Source of the DNA: a virus
Lineage: Duplodnaviria; Heunggongvirae; Uroviricota; Caudoviricetes
Length of the DNA stretch: 4,653 nt
Reading direction: 5' to 3' (one strand)
IMG/VR virus record: IMGVR_UViG_2568526749_000005
Part shown: positions 1 to 4,653 of the stretch, one piece after another
Numbering within the stretch: position 1 is the stretch's first letter
Layout: each line of letters opens with the position of its first letter
Notes under the pieces: model-generated
Databases searched by the model: none
What the model was told of the DNA's origin: nothing
The model's input: only the letters and a program-made list of their open reading frames with translations
Made by a program: the position numbers and the translations under genes

Positions 1-62
1 GTTGTTCTGAGGTGAGCATATCACCTCTGTTCAGGTGGCCAAATTCAGTAAACCACTTCAAA
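1..62. repeat. Left copy of perfect 62-bp terminal inverted repeat (IR-L)
   Basis: Positions 1-62 are the exact reverse complement of 4591-4652, checked base by base; identity breaks at 63/4590. Contains an internal 7-bp stem palindrome GAGGTGA (9-15) / TCACCTC (21-27) with a 5-nt loop. Confidence 0.95.
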
Positions 63-87
63 CTTAAATGGTCAGCAGCTTTATGGA

Positions 88-336
88 TTGTTAGTTGGTG
101 GTGGCATCATAAACGCAGCAGTATTAGCGGGGATGCTAAAAACGGCTGCGTTTGTTGTTCCTGCTGCTGGTGTCGTAGGAGGAGCTGCGAAGGCATACGA
201 AAGCCCTGTTATACGAAATGCCTTGTTACGTCTGGCAAATACGCCAAAAGGTAGCACAGCATATGACAGAGCGATCAGTACGGTCACACAATCGCTCACC
301 AGAGTCGCACAGGCATCACAAAAAGAAGCTCAATAA
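88..336 (+). CDS. ORF remnant, unknown product; Gly/Ala-rich hydrophobic segment then hydrophilic tail. Probably the 3' end of a longer gene
   Basis: Frame 1 is open from 52 (just after TAA at 49-51 inside IR-L) to the stop at 334-336. No convincing start: TTG at 88 has no SD, and ATG at 133 has GGG directly abutting it. The other two overlapping ORFs (12-254 plus, 81-299 minus) look less protein-like. Confidence 0.3.
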   Translation: MLVGGGIINAAVLAGMLKTAAFVVPAAGVVGGAAKAYESPVIRNALLRLANTPKGSTAYDRAISTVTQSLTRVAQASQKEAQ

Positions 337-353
337 CTGGCAGCCACGGATGG

Positions 354-704
354 CTAATTTTTATTCTTTGATCTCGTCCACAGGTAAAGAAGAGCAATGG
401 CAAGACAGGAAACAGAGAATAGATAACCTACCTCATATGGTGCGCCAAAAAAATTAGCTATTGATACGGGCAAAAAAGCCGAAGCGATCAGAATTGAAAG
501 GCAAAAAATAAGCCCAGTAACATAGTTTATTAAACTCTTAAATGAGAAACGTTTTGCTTGATTTACGGTCTCAGCGAGTGATCGCTTAACGATGGATAAA
601 AGCAAATAGATGGCGACAGTAGCTAATGCCCCTTTCCACCAGTCTGGATATAGTTTTGCGACAATCAGCCCAAGGAAAACCATGATGACAGACTGAGCAT
701 TCAC
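354..704 (-). CDS. Small integral membrane protein (about 116 aa, 3-4 predicted TM helices); possible superinfection-exclusion-type protein
   Basis: ORF with GTG start at 702-704 preceded on the minus strand by AAGGAGG (complement of 711-717) at 6-nt spacing. The sequence is strongly hydrophobic. It is divergent from the 880-1904 operon. No family recognised. Confidence 0.5.
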   Translation of the reverse strand: MNAQSVIMVFLGLIVAKLYPDWWKGALATVAIYLLLSIVKRSLAETVNQAKRFSFKSLINYVTGLIFCLSILIASAFLPVSIANFFGAPYEVGYLFSVSCLAIALLYLWTRSKNKN

Positions 705-783
705 ACCAACCTCCTTAGTTTTGCGCAGGATACCAGATGATGTATAGGAGTGGGAGTAAAGTTAGTCGGTGATAGAACGGTGG

Positions 784-812
784 TTGCATAATGATATCAC
801 GTGACGTAAACT
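784..812 (+). promoter_or_regulatory. Putative sigma70 promoter for the 880-1904 operon
   Basis: -35 TTGCAT (784-789), 17-bp spacer, -10 TAAACT (807-812). The spacer holds a perfect 8-bp palindrome TCACGTGA (797-804). The GCATAG motif recurs downstream. Confidence 0.3.
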
Positions 813-879
813 TATTGCGCATAGCGTGTATTCAATGGATGCATAGCTATTGATAATCTCCGATAAGAAGGAGGTTTGT

Positions 880-1446
880 ATGAGCAATGAGACTAATGGG
901 ATTGATGAAATGTTTAGCTTGAACGCTGCCAAAGCTGGAGTCGCAATAGGTTTGCTATTACAGCAAGCTTCTGCGTTCAGTTGTGAGGTGGTTGTTACTG
1001 ATAACGTTCAGCACGCTTACCATCAATCCTCATTCAGCAGTGAACGGGCTAATGATGAGCTTCATGAGGCGGTGTCTTCGATTAAAGAATTGTCTCGAAT
1101 GCTGAAATACGCTTATCGTGTTCTTGCAAACGCTACCGATGAGAATGTAGACAATGTGTTGTCTATCATTGAACCAGAAAAGTCTCGATTGATAGAGCAT
1201 CAATTGAGAGGACTTGAAGGGGCAATGAAATCGGTATTCAAAGAAGCTTCTGCTGATTTTAAAGAGATCGCAAGAGATATCTATATCGTTGTTGCTGATG
1301 CCAGATCTGCCGTAACCAACCTGAATAGTCTTATTAAACAACGCTCATGTGTTCCGGTTGTTTTTGATAGTTCCGTAGATATGGCTGGTTTGCGTGCGCT
1401 TGCTGAGCACGGGACTCGTGTGTTTCACTCTGGTAACTTCCACTGA
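880..1446 (+). CDS. Hypothetical protein (188 aa), predicted mostly helical; no family recognised; upstream partner of the YafO-like gene
   Basis: ATG at 880 preceded by AGGAGG (869-874) at 5-nt spacing. The stop TGA (1444-1446) overlaps the SD of the downstream gene. Confidence 0.7.
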   Translation: MSNETNGIDEMFSLNAAKAGVAIGLLLQQASAFSCEVVVTDNVQHAYHQSSFSSERANDELHEAVSSIKELSRMLKYAYRVLANATDENVDNVLSIIEPEKSRLIEHQLRGLEGAMKSVFKEASADFKEIARDIYIVVADARSAVTNLNSLIKQRSCVPVVFDSSVDMAGLRALAEHGTRVFHSGNFH

Positions 1447-1454
1447 GGTAAAAC

Positions 1455-1904
1455 ATGCAAGTAACCGTGGAATATAATCAGGATAGTTTTGACTATTTTT
1501 TCTCCCCGGTTTTTGTTGAGTTTCCTGATTTAAAACAAACACTTGTAGATGATTTTATCATCTACAAGTCTACGGGAACGTTGCCCAGCTATTTTGGCAG
1601 AGACACCTCTTATCATCGACCTCCTGATATTGAAGATGCAGGCCTTATGCACCTTCATTTAGCAATTGGTGAAAATAAATTTGAGCCAATAAAAAATGGC
1701 ACAGATATCAGCACACCGCAAAAGTTGCAGTGGCATAAAACATCCAATACCGCTCTCGTTTATGCACAAAATCTTTTTGATGAGAACAGGTATTCATTGA
1801 TTGCTCTTTTTCATCCTGTAGCTCACATGTCTGCTAACAATCATAATAGAATGAGAGTGTTAGCAGGGTATGCGAGAGACTTTAGAAACACTATGTTTGA
1901 CTAA
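1455..1904 (+). CDS. YafO-family toxin-like protein (ribosome-dependent mRNA interferase family), 149 aa
   Basis: ATG at 1455 with GAGG (1445-1448) 6 nt upstream. Resembles my recollection of E. coli YafO in several blocks (DFIxYK..G.LP..FGRD.SY, H.HLA, LVYxQ..FDE, LIA, NN..M). Followed by an intrinsic terminator. Confidence 0.6.
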   Translation: MQVTVEYNQDSFDYFFSPVFVEFPDLKQTLVDDFIIYKSTGTLPSYFGRDTSYHRPPDIEDAGLMHLHLAIGENKFEPIKNGTDISTPQKLQWHKTSNTALVYAQNLFDENRYSLIALFHPVAHMSANNHNRMRVLAGYARDFRNTMFD

Positions 1905-1927
1905 ACCCACCGTCAGGTGGGTTTTTT
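1905..1927 (+). terminator. Rho-independent terminator after the YafO-like gene
   Basis: Stem ACCCACC (1905-1911) / GGTGGGT (1916-1922), loop GTCA, then a T-run through 1927. It lies between convergent genes (1455-1904 plus, 1953-2489 minus). Confidence 0.7.
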
Positions 1928-1952
1928 ATAAGGAGTAATCATGATTTACCCA

Positions 1953-2489
1953 TCAAACAACCCACCAGTTTGCCTGATTGGATGCCAGCCTTGCAGTTTT
2001 TATGGAATTAATTATGCCATGCTCAAGAGCCTTGTTAGCATCCAAAATGGTCGAGTCTGCTATCAGGGATGCCCACCTAATATGGGTTCCGATGTCGATA
2101 TTGAACGTCTCAACGAAGCGATCAAGATCGTTATCGAGGCATTTCCCGTACTCTCTCAATCTGGCATGGTCGGCGGCTGGGGAGGCAAAGCACCATAATA
2201 GAGGATGTAACAGGAATCTTGATAATGGGTTTGCGAAACGTTCTGAGCCAGCCAGGAAAACGATATTAGCTATGGATTCAACATTGCTTATGTTGTGAGT
2301 TCTAACGGTAACAGGGAGTGACTTAAGAAAGTTATACGCAGTAAAGCCAGCAGCAGTTTCCCCTCCCTGACTTGATATATGGATATTTAATTCAGTTGCG
2401 CCTTGAGATAATGCGGTGAGACAGTGGTTCTGAAGTTGCCCAACAGTGGCAGTGTTAACAGGGCATAAGAAATGAATTGTGTGCAGCAT
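1953..2489 (-). CDS. ClpP-fold (S14-like) serine protease homolog, 178 aa
   Basis: Aligns to the ClpP core as I recall it: IHISSQGGETAAGFTAYNFL vs [20 protein letters not shown], a Ser in NVESIAN aligned to catalytic Ser in GQAASMG, LLHP vs MIHQP, and C-terminal EHGIINSI vs EYGLVDSI. Its ATG (2487-2489) overlaps the mnt stop (2489-2491) as TAATG. Confidence 0.7.
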   Translation of the reverse strand: MLHTIHFLCPVNTATVGQLQNHCLTALSQGATELNIHISSQGGETAAGFTAYNFLKSLPVTVRTHNISNVESIANIVFLAGSERFANPLSRFLLHPLLWCFASPAADHARLREYGKCLDNDLDRFVETFNIDIGTHIRWASLIADSTILDANKALEHGIINSIKTARLASNQANWWVV

Positions 2490-2737
2490 TATTTTTCATC
2501 CTTAGCATACATGGTCTTTAGCGTCTCAAGTAGCGCCTCTTTGAATTTATCAGCTTCTTGCTGAGCAAATGACTCAACTGACTTTGGCGACCTATCTTCA
2601 TCAATCGCGGCTTGCAAAATCATGACGATCTCGGAGTTAACAGAGCGACCATTTTTTGATGCTCTGACAGCAAGAGCCTCGCGTAAAGATTCAGGGATTC
2701 TTACCGTAGTTGGAGAAATTGACACACCCTTTGCCAT
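2489..2737 (-). CDS. mnt: Mnt-like ribbon-helix-helix repressor (82 aa)
   Basis: ATG at 2735-2737 with AAGGTG SD on the minus strand. Similar to P22 Mnt (RIPESLREALAVRASKNGRSVNSEIVMILQAAI vs FRMPMEVREKLKFRAEANGRSMNSELLQIVQDAL). Divergent from arc. The ORF track extends to 2779, but that N-terminal extension has no homology. Confidence 0.75.
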   Translation of the reverse strand: MAKGVSISPTTVRIPESLREALAVRASKNGRSVNSEIVMILQAAIDEDRSPKSVESFAQQEADKFKEALLETLKTMYAKDEK

Positions 2738-2851
2738 ATAACACCTTTGGTATTCAATTTGATAGCAAAGTGTATGCAAAAAAATTTTGACTAGATATAC
2801 TCACTTTGCTATCTTTTGTATTCGAAAAGAGTTGTTTGCGTGGAGGGTAAC
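2738..2851. promoter_or_regulatory. Divergent mnt / arc-ant promoter-operator region
   Basis: Perfect 12-bp inverted-repeat arms GATAGCAAAGTG (2761-2772) and CACTTTGCTATC (2802-2813), 29 bp apart. Candidate Pant: -35 TTGACT (2787-2792), 17-bp spacer, -10 TATCTT (2810-2815), overlapped by the right arm. A TTGCAT -35 candidate for Pmnt sits on the minus strand (complement of 2774-2779). Confidence 0.55.
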
Positions 2852-3004
2852 ATGGAGAAAGAAATAAGTAAGATTTTGGTAAGGATGCCGCAGTCGTTAA
2901 AGGATGCTATCGGTAGCAGGGCAAAGGAAGAGTGCAGGTCGTTTAACTCAGAGGTTATCAAGCGCCTGATAGACAGCCTGAAGAGAGAGGGGGTAACGGT
3001 GTGA
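2852..3004 (+). CDS. arc: Arc-like ribbon-helix-helix repressor (50 aa)
   Basis: ATG at 2852 with GGAGGG SD (2842-2847). Similar to P22 Arc (VRMPQSLKDAIGSRAKEECRSFNSEVIKRLIDSLKREG vs LRWPREVLDLVRKVAEENGRSVNSEIYQRVMESFKKEG). Confidence 0.75.
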   Translation: MEKEISKILVRMPQSLKDAIGSRAKEECRSFNSEVIKRLIDSLKREGVTV

Positions 3005-3174
3005 TTCGCTTGGATGCAGTAGTCAAAGAGATTGCGATTACCATTTTAAGACCAAATTTTGTTCATGGCGAATCATTTGGCACGAACGAAAAATTGAGAA
3101 GAGAAAGAGTATTCAGTGGCAAGCGCACGTTTTCAGAAGTGATGCTTGATGCGGCAAAGAAATCAAAACAGTGA
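3001..3174 (+). CDS. Possible small ORF (57 codons) translationally coupled to arc; speculative
   Basis: GTG at 3001-3003 overlaps the arc stop (GTGTGA), with GAGGGGG (2987-2993) 7 nt upstream. Open frame to TGA at 3172-3174. No homology recognised. It overlaps the predicted sar-like terminator, so it may be non-coding. Confidence 0.15.
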   Translation: MIRLDAVVKEIAITILRPNFVHGESFGTNEKLRRERVFSGKRTFSEVMLDAAKKSKQ

Positions 3175-3236
3175 AGCCCCAACTGCTGGAACAGTCAGGG
3201 CTTCGGTTGTCGGTAAATCCGTGGAGAAAAACCAAC
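3157..3236 (-). ncRNA. sar: Predicted sar-like antisense small RNA covering the ant ribosome-binding site
   Basis: Minus strand has an extended -10 TGcTATACT (complement of 3243-3251) placing the start near 3236. A minus-strand-specific hairpin follows (complement of 3173-3204, 13-bp stem with two G-U pairs, 6-nt loop), then the U-rich tail ACUGUUUUGAUUUCUUU (complement of 3156-3172). This matches the known P22 sar arrangement (about 69 nt, antisense to the ant start). Confidence 0.35.
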
Positions 3237-4139
3237 ATGAATAGTATAGCAATTTTAGAAGCAGTGAACACCTCTTACGTGCCATTCAACGGTCAGCAAA
3301 TTATCACCGCCATGGCTGCCGGAGTTGCATATGTTGCGATGAAGCCAATCGTTGAAAACCTCGGAATGAGCTGGTCAACGCAGCAAACAAAACTCATGAA
3401 GCAGATTAGCAAATTCAACTGTGTTCATATGAACATGGTTGCCGCTGATGGTAAGCTTCGTAAGCTACTCTGCCTTCCTTTGAAGAAGTTAAATGGATGG
3501 CTGTTCAGCATCAACCCTGAGAAAGTTCGTGCTGACATCCGCGATAAACTGATTCAGTACCAGGAAGAATGCTTTACTGTGCTGCATGACTACTGGACAA
3601 AGGGAGAGGCAGCAAATGCACGGAAGAAAACATCTGTTGATGACAGGACTCCGCTTCGTGATGCTGTAAATATGCTAGTCAGCAAAAAGCATCTAATGTA
3701 CCCAGAAGCTTATGCAATGATTCATCAGCGTTTCAATGTGGAAAGTATTGAAGAGCTTGATGCATCTCAGATACCACAAGCAGTAGAGTACATCCACAGG
3801 GTAGTGCTTGAAGGTGAGTTCATCGGCAAACAAGAGAAGAAAACCAACGAGCTTTCTGCAAAAGAAGCAAACAGCCTTGTATGGCTATGGGATTATGCCA
3901 ACCGCTCACAGGCATTATTCCGCGAACTGTATCCGGCGCTAAAACAAATTCAATCGAACTATTCCGGCAGATGTCATGACTGCGGTTATGAGTTCTCCCG
4001 TATTATCGATATGGCGAGAGACGTTTTAATCAATCACACACGAGATGTTGATATCAATGAGCCAGACGGACCAACGAATCTTTCCGCATGGATGAGACTT
4101 AAGAATAAAGAATTACCTCCTTCAGTACATAATTACTGA
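3237..4139 (+). CDS. ant: Ant-like antirepressor (300 aa)
   Basis: ATG at 3237 with GGAGA SD. The N-terminus [26 protein letters not shown] matches my recollection of P22 Ant. Position after arc is as in P22 immI. The ORF-track start at 3171 is a GTG upstream extension. Confidence 0.85.
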   Translation: MNSIAILEAVNTSYVPFNGQQIITAMAAGVAYVAMKPIVENLGMSWSTQQTKLMKQISKFNCVHMNMVAADGKLRKLLCLPLKKLNGWLFSINPEKVRADIRDKLIQYQEECFTVLHDYWTKGEAANARKKTSVDDRTPLRDAVNMLVSKKHLMYPEAYAMIHQRFNVESIEELDASQIPQAVEYIHRVVLEGEFIGKQEKKTNELSAKEANSLVWLWDYANRSQALFRELYPALKQIQSNYSGRCHDCGYEFSRIIDMARDVLINHTRDVDINEPDGPTNLSAWMRLKNKELPPSVHNY

Positions 4140-4157
4140 CAGATAACCAACGCAACG

Positions 4158-4181
4158 ACCCAGCTTCGGCTGGGTTTTTTT
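4158..4181 (+). terminator. Rho-independent terminator after ant
   Basis: Stem ACCCAGC (4158-4164) / GCTGGGT (4169-4175), loop TTCG, then a T-run to 4181. Confidence 0.7.
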
Positions 4182-4239
4182 ATGCCCAAAATTCACCGTG
4201 GCCATGCTGCGGCGATTCTTTGCATCTGGAGCAAATTAA

Positions 4240-4608
4240 ATGACAGACATTACAGCCAATGTGATTGTATCGATGCCTTCGCAACTCTTCACTATGGCGC
4301 GTTCTTTTAAAGCCGTAGCCAATGGCAAAATTTATATCGGTAAAATTGACACTGACCCGGTAAATCCTGAAAACCGGATTCAGGTTTATGTAGAGAACGA
4401 AGACGGCTCTCACGTTCCTGTTTCGCAACCAATCATCATTAACGCTGCTGGTTACCCTGTATATAACGGACGGATTGCCAAGTTCGTAACTGTGCAAGGC
4501 CATTCTATGGCTGTGTACGATGCGTATGGCGTACAGCAGTTCTATTTCCAGAATGTGCTGAAGTATGATCCTGATCAACTACGGCAGCAATTTGAAGTGG
4601 TTTACTGA
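4240..4608 (+). CDS. P22-type tailspike N-terminal head-binding domain only (122 aa); truncated relative to a full tailspike
   Basis: [43 protein letters not shown]...[15 protein letters not shown]...NVLKYDPDQ closely matches the P22 gp9 N-terminus. GGAG SD at 4228-4231. Similarity ends at DPDQ; the last codons FEVVY and the TGA stop (4606-4608) lie inside IR-R. Confidence 0.85.
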   Translation: MTDITANVIVSMPSQLFTMARSFKAVANGKIYIGKIDTDPVNPENRIQVYVENEDGSHVPVSQPIIINAAGYPVYNGRIAKFVTVQGHSMAVYDAYGVQQFYFQNVLKYDPDQLRQQFEVVY

Positions 4609-4653
4609 ATTTGGCCACCTGAACAGAGGTGATATGCTCACCTCAGAACAACA
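4591..4653. repeat. Right copy of the terminal inverted repeat (IR-R)
   Basis: 4591-4652 is the reverse complement of 1-62. Position 4653 (A) would pair with a T one base before the window start, so the full repeat may be 63 bp or more with 5'-TG...CA-3' ends. Same internal palindrome at 4626-4632 / 4638-4644. Confidence 0.95.

Noticed and set aside
1-62. Terminal repeats as hix/gix/cix-type invertase sites, or as DGR variable/template repeats
   Set aside because: No match to the 26-bp AAACC..GGTTT dyad of Hin/Gin sites. The copies are identical and inverted, not A-mutated direct repeats, and no reverse transcriptase is present, so it is not a DGR. The inversion hypothesis is kept only in generic form.
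12-254. Plus-strand ORF (80 aa) running through IR-L, Trp/Cys-rich
   Set aside because: Low-complexity W/C/R-rich translation with no SD, overlapping a more protein-like frame; judged a chance ORF.
81-299. Minus-strand ORF (72 aa) at the left end
   Set aside because: Pro/Thr/Ala-rich translation typical of the antisense of a Gly/Ala-rich coding frame; GTG start with no SD.
1030-1542. Minus-strand ORFs 1030-1341 and 1345-1542
   Set aside because: Fully antisense to the better-supported 880-1446 and 1455-1904 genes; no SD and no recognisable domain.
1941-2298. Plus-strand ORFs 1941-2198 (Cys-rich, with AAGGAG 6 nt upstream of ATG) and 1978-2298
   Set aside because: They lie entirely antisense to the ClpP-fold gene, which has clear fold-level similarity. 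The SD-like AAGGAG sits in the terminator-flanking sequence and is probably coincidental. A small Cys-rich overlapping gene is not excluded; ribosome profiling would settle it.
3173-3204. Hairpin GAAGCCC...GGGCTTC as a plus-strand terminator for arc
   Set aside because: On the plus strand the stem is broken by C-A mismatches and is not followed by a T-run; the structure is a convincing terminator only on the minus strand, so it is assigned to the sar-like antisense RNA.
4180-4578. Minus-strand ORF (132 aa) opposite the tailspike head-binding domain
   Set aside because: Antisense to a strongly conserved coding region; no supporting signals.
1-4653. CRISPR arrays, tRNA or rRNA genes
   Set aside because: No short direct repeats with regular spacers and no tRNA-like or rRNA-like sequence were seen on reading through the window.

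Overview
The window is a P22-like prophage immunity-I (immI) module with extra cargo, bracketed by a perfect 62-bp inverted repeat (1-62 vs 4591-4652). Read left to right: a 3' ORF remnant (to 336), a small membrane protein (354-704, minus), a two-gene plus-strand operon of an unknown 188-aa protein and a YafO-like toxin (880-1904), a ClpP-fold protease translationally coupled to an Mnt-like repressor (1953-2737, minus), a divergent promoter/operator region, an Arc-like repressor (2852-3004), an expanded arc-ant spacer with a predicted sar-like antisense RNA, the Ant antirepressor (3237-4139), and the head-binding domain of a P22-type tailspike (4240-4608). The tailspike stops inside the right repeat exactly at the domain boundary where the receptor-binding domain should begin. 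All homology calls rest on recalled P22 and E. coli protein sequences, not searches. The most interesting candidates are the terminal inverted repeats (possible invertible or mobilised segment), the YafO-like toxin operon with a non-canonical partner, and the mnt-coupled protease.
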